NCBI GenBank assembly: GCA_000708835.1
Contig: DF237144.1
Coordinates: forward strand, 62,001-126,000
Direction of reading: 5' to 3'
Origin: Klebsormidium nitens
Taxonomy: Eukaryota; Plantae; Klebsormidiophyceae
Length of the DNA: 64,000 bases
This document shows, in pieces, positions 36,190 to 47,711 of this stretch. The first letter of the stretch is position 1. Every line of letters starts with the position of its first letter. The position numbers and the translations under genes were made by a program. The notes under the pieces were generated by a model that ran no database searches, was not told where the DNA came from, and was given only the letters and a program-made list of their open reading frames with translations.

Positions 36190-39100
36190 TCAACTGACAA
36201 GGGCGGCTTGCCCCGCGACCGTATACTTTGACAGAGTGCTCTCCAGCTCGGTGTAAACGGGCTCCCACGTGAGTTCCGCCGCGCGACGCCGCGCCGCTTC
36301 ACCCATCCGCCGGAGCACCGGAATGGGCGCCCGGTAGGCGTTCCGGAACGCGGCGCTGAGGCTTCCCAAACTCGGCTCAAACCTGCGATTTAGAAAGAAG
36401 GATTTAGAAACTGACAGAGCTTGTCGGACTCAGTGATAAGAAGGAAAACACCGATATTTCAAAGACGGGTTGAGAGACTGGAAAAGTGAGATCGACGCAG
36501 AAGAAGAAAAGACTGGAAAAAGCTTCAGACGTGTCAAGTTCTCGTGTAGCAGAAAATCTGGGCGGGGCGGTACCGATTCAAAGAAAGGGGTCGGAAGTCA
36601 CGTAAGAACGGCAAGCGACCTGAAACCAGAATATACTTTCCGACAGTCCGTTGCGAGCCGCCGCCACGAAAGGAGGGGCCCCTCGCTTAAGTCGAAAGTA
36701 AATGGACTGAAATTCGCCATCTCACTTGATGGCGACTTCCGAAGAGGACGACTTCAAAGCAGCCAAACGAACCGTGACCCTAGCCTGGTCGAAGTAACCA
36801 ACAAAGGTCGAGGCCTAACCATCCAGAACCTTTGACAGTGCTGCCTGAAATCTGAACCGCTTGCACCTCTCCCTTGCAGATCCTGCCACTCTAATTAGAT
36901 GGTCAAAGGCGAGGTTAAGAGCTGACCCAAAACTAGCTGAGACACTCACTGAACCCCTTACGCCAAACAGCCACACGCGCTGAAATAGGAATGACAGGAT
37001 GACTTTGGAAACAGGTCAAGAAGAAAGGGTTGAAGCACTAACCAAGACGCCGGCACTGCCAACTCCTGTCCGAAGATCATGGTCCCGTTCGCCTCGCACG
37101 GCTTCACGTCGCGACACGTGGTCCACTCCGCCTCCACCCAGAACGTGTGGTCATCCTCGCAGATCTCCAATGCGGGGCCGCCACGTGTAATGATAATAGG
37201 CAGGGAGTTGGCCATCGCCTCTACGATCGTCAGCCCAAAGCCCTCGTTTCTATACGGGCAGACGTACACGTCCACGGAGCGGTACAATAAGACCATATCC
37301 ACCCACGTCAGCTCCTGTTTCAGGAACACGATCTCCGGGTATTTGTCGTACTGCGTCTCGAGCGCTTCCATCACGTGGGTCTTGAACTCGTCCCCGTATA
37401 TGGAGTGCACGATAAGCGATACGTCGTCGTGCGTGGAAAACGTCTCGGCGAATGCGCGGAGAAGGAGGTCAATCCCTTTGCGCGGGAGTGCGCCGCCAAT
37501 GAACAGGAACTTGAACGACTTGGACTGAAGGGCCTTCGCCATTTCGGGGAGAGCCAAAGCGCCGCCGGAAGCCATTCCGGGGTTGACAGTCTGCAAAATG
37601 GATAGAAAACGAGTCAAAATCCATTCTGGGGAGTATGAAATCTTGGACTGAAGGGCCTTTGCCGTTTCGGGTTAATGCCAAAGCGCCGCCGGAAGCCATT
37701 CCGGGGTTGACAGTCTGCAGAAACGGATGGGAACTGTCTTGAATATCTGTGTTCTGGGGGCTTTCTGAGACGCTTGGAAGATCCGAAGCGGAAGGTTAGG
37801 CTGTTTAGGCGGAGCTGCCGGAAGCCATTCCGAGGTTGACAGTCTGCAGGATAGAGCAGGCAAGGGTAATGTGTTTGTGGATCTGAGTTTTGGACCGTTC
37901 TGAGAGGCTTGAGGAATCCGATCTGCAGAAACGTTCGCCGTTTGGCGAAAGCTAGAGCTTTGCCGGCGGCCTATCCATGCATCGTTTATTACGCACCAGC
38001 AAAATTGAAAGGGCCAATAGATTTTTGCTGTTCTCCTGCTTTGCAAAGCGTTGGAAGGAGAACCATGATGAATTGAAGTTGAGCTTGTTGAGCCACGTCA
38101 TCTTCAGCAATTAACCAGATTGCGAGCAAAAGCTGTCGAAGCAAAAAAGGTCCTCAAGATTCAAAGAACGGAGAGCGACTCAACAAAGGACGGAGAGCGA
38201 CTCAACAAAGGATTGTTAAGGTTACCAGAAAGCTACTAACCTGGATCTTTTGGAAGGAAACGCCGTGCCGCACGACGTTGATCTTGTGCGCCGGAATGCT
38301 GTTGGCCCGGTAGCCGACTTCGCAATGCCGGCTAGGAACCCAGAGCGCGTCGACCGAGTTTGCGAACCAGTTGACCCAAGCTTTGGGAATGCCGTAAAAT
38401 TCCCACGGTTGCTGGTGGATCCAAACAATCTGCGGAAAAGTCAAAGGGAGGTTAACAGTTGGTCACAGGTCCGTTCAAGGTTGGTTACAGAAACCGCACA
38501 GTGAGTCTTGGGGGACCCCTTGCTTGCTTTTCAGAATATGAGCAGAGTTGGAACGGAAATGGGAGAAACAAGAGGAATTGGGCGTATTCACACCCTGTTT
38601 CTGGCCGCCACCTCAACTAGAAGCGACTCGTTGAGAAAGCAAATATCGGGCGACCCTAAGCTTTGAATTTACCTTGAAGAATTGAAGTGGCTAAGAATTA
38701 GGGCGCAATCACACCTTGTCTCCGGCCGCCACTTCGGCTGGAAGCGACATTTTGGAAAACTGAACTTGGGCGACTCATTGCTTTTCACTTGATCTTGTAG
38801 AGGTAGGAAATTTTACGATTCAAGCGACCGAAAAATTGGTTAAAGTATTGGCGAGGTAAGAACTAGAGGCGAGATATTGGGGCGTATTCTCACCTTGTTT
38901 CCGGCCGCGACCTCAGGTGGAAGCGACTCGTTGAGAAACTCGAACTTGGGCGGCCAATGGTTCCTTTCGCTATGCAAAATAACGGAACCCAAACCAAAAG
39001 GAAACGGAAGTAAACGAATGGGGCGTATTCACACCTTGTTTCCGGCCGCCACTGCGGGTAACGACTCGTTGAGAAATTGACACTCTGGCGGCCAGTGGTT

Positions 39101-42100
39101 CCTTTCGATATGCCTTGAAATGGTATTGAGCTTCAAGTGGAAAATCAGAAGGAAAAGAGGAGCGTATTCTCACCTTGTTTCCGGCCGCCACTTCGGCAGG
39201 CAACGACTCGTTGGGGAACTGGAACTTGGGCGGCCAGTGGTTCCGGAATACCGACACAACCGGCGAGTTGGTCTGTTCGGGTTGTTGGATCTGCTTCTTA
39301 TACGCGGTGTAGATAAGCATGTGGAGAACGCTCCCTGGAGAAGCCGCCTTCTCGTACTGTTCGACTGACACCGTGTCTTCCGAGGGGATGACCTGAAGGG
39401 CAGAAATTCAAAATGGTGTCAATTTTGGTGTGTTCGGGTTGTTGGGTCTGCTTTTTATACGCGGTGTAGATAAGCATGTGGAGAACGCTCCCTGGTGAAG
39501 CGGCCTTCCTGAAGGGTAAAAGAGGGAAATGGTGTCAATCGAAGTCTGCTCGGCGCCACTGGGTTTGCTTTTCTAGGCGATGTGATTAGACATGTGAACA
39601 AACGCTCACGGAAAGTCTATAAATCAGGATTAAAAGGTGCCGGTTTTTAACCAGATGATTTTGGTGACGACAGGTGTGAACTAGCGTCAAGCCGCCGGCA
39701 GAGTTTGACTTTGAGCTTCCTTTGCCTTTCTCTCTGGCTTGAAGACCAATCGACGGCGAAGGGGAGTAGAACTAAAGCTTGTGAAAGAGAACCAGAGTCG
39801 CGTTCTAAGCTGTCCTACCTCCATCCAAGCCCTTCGTGCTTGCAGAGCGTTGATCGCTCATCAATGCAACCGCAAGTCCATATTCTTCTGTCTACACCCA
39901 CTGTTGAAAGCTCCTTGTCGCACTTCGCTTCCGAATGACTCTCAAATCGCAACGTTCTCACGTGACGTCATACTTCCCAGTCATTAGTTAAAGGTTCGGC
40001 TGTCACTCATCGGTACAAGTTAAGTTCAAACGATCCGATGTCGAACAGAAACCACGCTTCGCCAACTCACCTCCACTTCGATTTCGAAGTCTCCGTTGTA
40101 CGGGTTCGGCAGCGTCGACCGCCAGTTGTGCCGCAGCTGCTGGCGGATGCTTAACCCGAACCATAACTGGCGGTTAACCATCGCAAACCCGCAATTGTCC
40201 AGGATGGGGCCCTCCAAGCGGAATTTCAGGACGGTGTCGGTGTCGCTAGTGTCGTAGTAATCGAACAGAGTTCCCGTCATCATCTCCTCGTCCAACTCAA
40301 ATGCGTTCAGCCTGAAAGGAGATTTGCCCACGGTCAGGTTAGATGGCTAGGAATGAAACATACTAGAATACGAGTGGAATTGATCGGGGTTCTGATACGC
40401 GGTAACGCGAGTGAGGGGCTTCCGTCGCCTTTTGCTGATCCAAGAAGCTGCACTTGTTGCACGTTCGCGTTCCTAAAAACGCTCTGGTCGAACCTCAAGT
40501 CACGCTTCTGAACATCGATGAGAAGCAATAACTGCAACGGTAAGCCTCACTAACCAGTCACCTGTACCCAAAAAGTTTTTACTTTTGATACCAAAAGGGT
40601 ATCCGAAATCAGAGTCCTGAGGAAGTCAAGCGCGTAACATCGCGGCCAACCCCGTTGCGAAACCATAAGGCCGAGCTTTCCCTTCTAGGTCAGCACAAGA
40701 AGGATTCTAAAAGCCCATTCACCTGATTCCGAACAACTGCCACGTCTGGCCCTTGACATTCGTGCTGACGGTGTTGTTCCCATCGAGAAGAAGTCTCCTT
40801 TTTGCCCAATCCAGCCGATCACAAATAAAATCAGCTACAGACTGCCAATACTCGTTTCTGTAAAGTACGCGGCAAAAACTTACCTGATTCCAAATAGCTG
40901 CCACATCTGCCCATTCACATTCGAGCTGAAGGTGTTGTTCCCGTCGAAAAACTACCTCTTTTTCTGCCCAATCCAGCTGACCCACAAACGAAATCTAAAT
41001 CAGATTGCCGTATATAAGACACTTCAAGGATGTATGTGGAAAAACTTACCTAATTCCAAAGAGCTGCCACGTCTGGCCCTTGACATTCGTGCTGAAAATG
41101 TTGTTTCCGTCAAGGAGGCTCATCCGCCATTGGTCTGGGACCAGACTCTTGATATCGTCGTGGAAAAGCTTCTTGCATTCGGTGTCGATGCTAAACCGGT
41201 CCCATTGGCACCTGTTGAGCAAGGGTTAGCACTGGGGTTAGTGATCCTTGTTAGAAGAAACCAAAAGAAAACTGGTTCTCGGAGCTCTCGACATTGTTGT
41301 GGAAGAGCATCTTGCACCCGGTGTCGGTGCTAAACCGGTCCCACTGGCACCGGTGAACCGAGGGTTATCCACATGGTTACATATGCGGGTTAGGGGGAGC
41401 CAAGGGGAGAACATCTTGCTCTCGGTGTCGATGCTAAATGGGACGCATGGTAACTGTTAACCAAGGGTTAGCAACCGGGTAAAGAAAAAGAGGGGCGAAC
41501 AAAACCCAATTCTTGGTAGGCTCTTGATGTAGACCCCTTACCTGACTGTCTGGCCCAGCAGCCCCAGGGGATGGCTGAACCGGTCGGGTTGGGACAGGGT
41601 TACGGTAACCTCCTTGTTCATGTGAACGACCACGGTAACCCACACCTGCAGAAACAGAGTTATGAACCACGTTAGGAACACTCTAAAGCGCTCATGTCTT
41701 TCTTTCCTAGCTTCACAGGTGAAAGAACTAAGTCGCCGCTCCTCGCTTTCCTGAAGTTCCCTAAGCCAGATTCGAGTCCACGTTCAGATTCACGTTCAGA
41801 AGGAAAGACGTTTGTCGACTGCCTATCAAACAGGGCTAGATAAACCAAATCGCGGTCCTTCGTGGTTTGCAGCCCGGAAAATGTTGCAGAGCGCCGTTAA
41901 CCGAGCCTTCCCGCGACGTATGTATGACAACCACCGTACTTCAACGCAGGCGAGAAGATTTCTCGTCCGATAACCGAGCAGCAAAAGAGGTTCCCGCCAA
42001 CCTGCCCCCTCTTCCCGGGCTCTTTCTACTGTGGTGATTCCAACAGTGATGATCTTCACACCAAAAAATACACAACTCAATCACTGGAGAAAGCTTGAGC

Positions 42101-45100
42101 AAAACCCTCATCGAGATATCTTGTGAAACGGATCTATCACCTGACGTGCGCGCAGCACAAGGCGCTCTCGCCAGCCCGCCCCCTCTTTCCCGGGCTCAGG
42201 TTCGATCCGATCGATCTGTACAAATTCGGACAGATCGACGCGGTGGTCCGGATCTGGATCGAACGTCTCTAGGTCCAGACCCATGGTGATGTCAGCAAGG
42301 ATCCACGTGTAGTGCCAGCGGATGCCGACGCGGGAGAGGAGGTAGCCCGTCTCGGAGCGGGCGGCGATCTTGCCATTAACCTGCGGGTTAAGAAGTGGGT
42401 TGATCAGAGATTGTAGATCGACTCTGTAAGCCAAACCGACAGGTGACGTCAGCAAGGATCCACGTGTAGTGCCAGCGGATGCCGACGCGGGAGAGAAGGC
42501 AGCCGGTTTCGGAGCGGGCGGCGATCTTGGCGTTAACCTGCGGGGTTAACAAGTGGGTTCGGTCTGAATTGGTGATTTATTTAGCGAAAAGGCATGTTCT
42601 GGTGAGCAAGAAACCGTGTGCAATGCCAGCGGCTGTCGACATAGGCTTCGGCAATTTGAGGACTGATGAACGATACCCTTGGATTCTGTACAATAAGTAA
42701 CACTCGAGAAATCCAGCCAAACTCCACGTGCAGCAAACTCTTGGGAACGAGCTTCGCCCCTGTGGTAACCACTTTTTTGGGAGCCGAAGAGACTACAAAA
42801 CTCTCAAGAGACACCAAATGCTAAGAATCCTGAAAAGCACAACCCGCAAACGTCTGCGCCTGCAAACCTTTGTCCGAGAACAGGACATAGAGCCCCTGCG
42901 CCATGCGCAGGTCTTTCGGAAGAACACCCCCCTCGTAATACTAAGTTCCTTTCGCTAAGAATTCATGCGCTGAAAGAGTTTTCAAGCTCCGTAAGGGGAC
43001 TAAAGCAACAGAAACATTTCTCAGACCAGATATTCGATAGCCATGAATTTACCTGCAGATCCTTGTCCGAGAACAGGACGTAGACCCCCGGCGCCATGCG
43101 GAGATCCTTGGGAAGCACGCCCCCCTCGTATTCCGCCAACTTCTTCTCGCTGAAGAGCGTAAGCCCGTTGAACGTCGTCACCAGATTCTCGGACCAGTGG
43201 GCGGAAGACGGGCGGAAACTGTTGACCACGTTGTTCTCGGGGGTGATCGTCGCCAGCTCGGAATCGTCCCTGGAGAGGAGCGGAAGAAGCGGAATGAGCG
43301 GAATCGAAGAAGTCTTAGCGTCCAAAGTTAGTCTAAACTTCTCGGACCAGTGGGCGGAAGGGGGGCGGAAACTGTTGACCACGTTGTTCTCGGGGGTGAT
43401 TGTCGCCAGCTGGGAATCGATCCTCGAAGAAGAGGCAAAGTGCGAAACAAAGCACGGATGTCTCAACTGCATCCAGGATACGAAACACAAACCAGCGCCA
43501 GCAGACTAGCTCTTTCAGCGGAGCAGATGAAGCGAGAAACGCACCTGTCGCGGGGGGGGTAAAGGTGCGAGTCGAACGCCGGATCCAGGTAAAAGGGATC
43601 GGGCGCCACCGGTAGAAGCAATTCTTCCACATACGCCGCCCCAGGTGTTTGCAACTGCAGTCCCTTTCCCCAAATTTCCGCCGCGTCGATCTCTAACTTC
43701 GCCAGCAACGCGTGATACTGTAACGCAACCCGTTCCCAGGTCCAGTTCTTGACGAAGGACTTTGCACGGTTACCGTAACCCTCCCTAACCTCGCGCGACT
43801 TGAGCAGTTTCACAAACCCGGCAGCTATTGCGTCGTCGTCCTCGAACGGAACCAAAACGCCGCGGTCGGACGATAAGACCTCAGTCGCGTGGCGATAAGC
43901 GGTCGACAAGATCGCGCACCCGTGCGCCATCGCCTCGAGGAGCGCGCCGGATGTGGGAGTGATTTCGTCATACGGCGTCATGTATACGTCACTGCCGTAT
44001 AAGCGCCGGTCGACCTCCTCGGATTCGACGTACTCGTCCTGCCAGATGATGTGCTGGGCCACCCCGAGCTCCGCCGCATACTGCATAAGGATACGGTTGG
44101 GAAGATAAGCTATCAGCAAAAAGAAATGAGCTATAAAGGTTGAAAGCAATAGTGAATCCAAACTCTTCTTCCTGCCAGATAATGTTCTAAGCAACGCCGG
44201 ACTCCACCGCATACTGCACATAAGAGGACGGACGAGACAATAAGCTATGGCGGAACAATTCCTATGATGTGTCCAGAACCCGAAGATATGCTGAACGCTC
44301 CTGCCAGGCAACACGAGGCCGAGCCTTAAACTCAAACGTTCGATCAAGGGAATGAACCAGCTTTCTGATGCTTCCTCGACACTCTTGCTTCTTTGAAAGA
44401 CTGCCTTCATAACTTTGTGACAACCCATCTCAACCCACGACCAGACACGCCGTGACTGAGATCCCGACCTAACAACCTTCGCGTAACCCGTCGACTGACC
44501 CACCTGCACACGCTTTCTCAAACAAGTCTTAACAGCTGTCTTAACCCGTTAACTAACCCACCTGCAGATGCTTCTTCATGATATCCTTTTCCTCGTTCGT
44601 CCGCGCCTCCCTCCCCTGGATCAGCACAACAATCGGTCGTTCCGGAACCTGCTCGATAATCGCCTTCAGGTTACGGATAACCCGGTCGTAACCCTTGTGG
44701 ATGTGAATAAGCCCGTTGTTGAAGATGAGCAGGGGGCGGCGGGGGTCATCTTGGGGGAGCGCCAATAAGTTATCGAGCTGTTCCAGCGAGAGCCCCCCCT
44801 GACGAGCGTCGGGAAGGGAAACCCCCTCGATGTTGCGGGGAATCTCTGCGAGCTCCCTGAAAGGCATCGGTGGGGAGCAATTCAATCAAAAGCACTGTGA
44901 GGAAAATTCGAGGCTTACATTTTAGGCTTAATATCTGTAGTGAGACACAAGGATAGTTGTGAAGAAGCTGACCACAAAAGAGAGCCCCCTGAGGACATCT
45001 CTATCAGATGCTTGAAGGGGCCACACTCCTTGGATTTCAAGACACGCACAGAGCACAGATCACCAGCCGTCTTTTGTTTTGACGACAAATGCGTCAAAAC

Positions 45101-47711
45101 CTCCGAGCATGACAAACCCAGAACGCTAGGACGCCTCTAAACGCGAACGTTTCGTAAAACCACCTGGGTTTGCGAACAGCATGCGGACCGATGAACACCT
45201 TGGAGTTGTCCAGAGCCGGGGCTATCGAACGGTCTATTTGCCAACTCAACCGAATAAGTGCGTCAACAACTCCGCGACTTCGCAATGTATAGAGTTCGTG
45301 AACCCACCTGGGTTTGCGCACGGCGTGAGGGATGAAAAACACCTTGGACTTGTCGACGCCGTACGCCGAGACCATCGAGTGGTACGCGTGCCAGCTCATC
45401 ACGATAAACGCGTCAGAGAAGTAACTCAAGTGGCGCACGAAACCCTTCTCCTCCAGGCAGGGGTAAGCGTAGGGGGAGTGCACGACGATCGACGTGTGCA
45501 GATGGGGCATGCCTTCGATGGCGTCGAGAGTGCCGGTCATCCACCTGGGTTAAGAAGTGGGTTTAGGTTAGTCAGGCCTTTGAAAGAGGTCAAGTCCGTG
45601 GTTGAATGAAGTGGTTAAGCTAAGCGTAAGGAGAGTGCACGACAATCAACATAGGCAGATGCGGCATGCCTTCGATGGCGTCGAGAGTGCCGGTCATCCA
45701 CCTGGGTTAAGAGAGGTTATGATAAGTCAATGGACCGGCATGCTTTAGGCATGCCTTGAGAGACATTCAGAGTGCCGGTTGAAAAAAACGGTGGAAACAA
45801 ACGAATCGAGACCGGGCAAACATGGGCGAAATTAGCAAGGATTAGAAGAGTCTTCAGATCCATTGTAAGTTGCATATTCGAAGATGTTGAGCATATCAGA
45901 TTTGAGGAGATTCTTGTATGTGCACCAGACCCTTCAAAGCTAAAAATCCAGGCAATGTTGAAAAGGCACACCTCTGTTGGATTTGGGCCGGTCGCAACCC
46001 AAAAGCATGACACGCGCTTACAGGAGCCTGATATCGGCATCGCTTCCAACTTCTTAAAACGTCTTTTTTTGCCGACAGACTACCAAGGCCAGAAAAGCGA
46101 CGAATTGGAGAAGCCCACACATTACATGCTCAGCTGTGGACGTGACACCCTGTCAATATCTTAAAACTGCTAAGTAATCTTGAATGTAAAATCAGTCGAA
46201 TTCAGCTGAAACCGTCAGGAGCCACAAAATCAAGGAGCTAAAACGGCTGAGATTACACTCAGCCAACCAGGTCTATGCACATCTTTGAACCCCAAAAGGG
46301 TCAAACTGACCCTCCTTTAACCACTTTCCCGCAGATCCGACCAAAACCTTGAAAATAAGTTACAATCTGTGGACCCCAAAGGGTTCCATTAGCCCTCACC
46401 TGACCAAGTCCAGCGCCTGCCACTTGATCTTGATCAGCCCAAACTCGAGCTGCATCACCATGTGCGTGAACGGGAGATCCTTCTTCGGGATGCTCAGCAC
46501 GTCGGGGCTCTTGAGATTCTTCACCGTCCGCTTCTGGTGCTCGATCACGTACTGCGAGGCGTTCCAAAACGCGCGGGACGGGACGTCGGCGTCGAGGTTT
46601 ATGATCCCAAGAACGGTGGACGCATTGTAAGCGGCCGTGGAGTCGGGATCGTCAAAAGCAATGACGGAGTATTCGCAGCGGCGGTCGGCGCCCGTGCGGC
46701 GCGAGAACTCGGGACCCATGGAGCGCATCGCATTGATGAAGTTCTCGGCAAACACGCCGATGCCGCACCTGGAGGGGGGAGAAAACCGGTGCAATTTTAG
46801 GGGGGGCGAAATGAGTAAAGTTCTGGGGGGGGCGACAAGTGCGGCGCGAGAATTCGGGCCCCATGGAGCGCATCGCGTTGATGAAGTTCTCAACAAACAC
46901 GCCAATGCCGCACCTGAGGGGGGAAAGAAAACAGCTATAAATTGGAGGGGGGGGGCAAAAAAGTGATGTTTGACGAGGGGAGGAAGGGGAGAATCGTGTT
47001 TTCAGGGGGCCGGAGGCATAACTCTCAGGTTCCCATCTCATCCTGACTCAACACTCAGCAGTAAACAGGGGCAGGGACACGCGTCGGGTCGTTATTCAGA
47101 CCATACAATCAGCTGGCTTTCTTGAAACGGTAGAAAGAAGGCACTTGTGCAAGGGGCATGTGTAAACTGCATATAAGGGGCATTTCTCATGTGAAACCAG
47201 TGGGTTACCATTTTAGAAGGCAGACGTAAAGCAGTGACAAGGCCCACCTCCGGGGGGGGGTTGTGTAGTTACCAGGACTGTTATACCTGCCCCCCGCCCA
47301 CACGCACAGACGCGCATACACAACAGGAACCAAGCAGGTCAAATCACAAAACCAGAGGAACAGGCACTTTGACAAACTTCACCTCCGTGGAGGGTACGTG
47401 CTGATGACCATTCCTGGTCCATCCCCCCTAAAACCGAAAATGTGCATACACAAAAAGCAACAAGCACCATCCATGAAAACGTGAAAACGGGAATATTTAC
47501 GAGCTCACCTCCGTGGGGGGTACGTGCTGATGACCAGGACGTGGCACACTTGCTCCCCCCCCTCTGCGCCGTCGGTCAGGTCCGCCTCAAACGTCCACAT
47601 CGACGAGAGGATCACGCTCCAGAAGAAGAAGAGGCAGAGAACGGAGGAGATCGCCAGGAAGATTTTCACCGGGCGGCTTGAGAAGAGGGATGGTGCTGTG
47701 GGGCCCGCCAT
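36190..47711 (-). CDS. Type II membrane double glycosyltransferase: GT4 (cd03822-like) / VWD-like beta domain / second GT4, ~1250 aa
   Basis: 14 exons (minus): 47509-47711, 46400-46768, 45308-45544, 44562-44856, 43545-44080, 43053-43269, 42141-42380, 41542-41645, 41050-41211, 40071-40311, 39174-39392, 38241-38429, 37043-37590, 36190-36382 (3753 nt, phases consistent). N-terminal TM segment IFLAISSVLCLFFFWSVIL. GT-B motifs: VISTYPPRRCGIGVF, NNGLIHIHKGYD, TSGALLEAMAHGCAILSTAY; second unit QQPWEFYGIPKAW, FIGGALPRKGIDLL, PYRNEGFGLTIVEAMA. Confidence 0.88.
38578..39173 (-). repeat. Array of four decayed donor-junction echoes of GT4 exon 11
   Basis: GGCGTATTC(T/A)CACCTTGTTTCCGGCCGCCAC...GCGACTCGTTG (minus strand: ...GCGGCCGGAAACAAG|GTGAGAATACGCC) at ~38581, 38702, 38881 and 39022, next to the real junction at 39163-39174. 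Confidence 0.85.

Noticed and set aside
43463-44521. 352-aa ORF as a single-exon glycosyltransferase
   Set aside because: Only 43545-44080 is GT-like; the rest is intron, including an acceptor echo.
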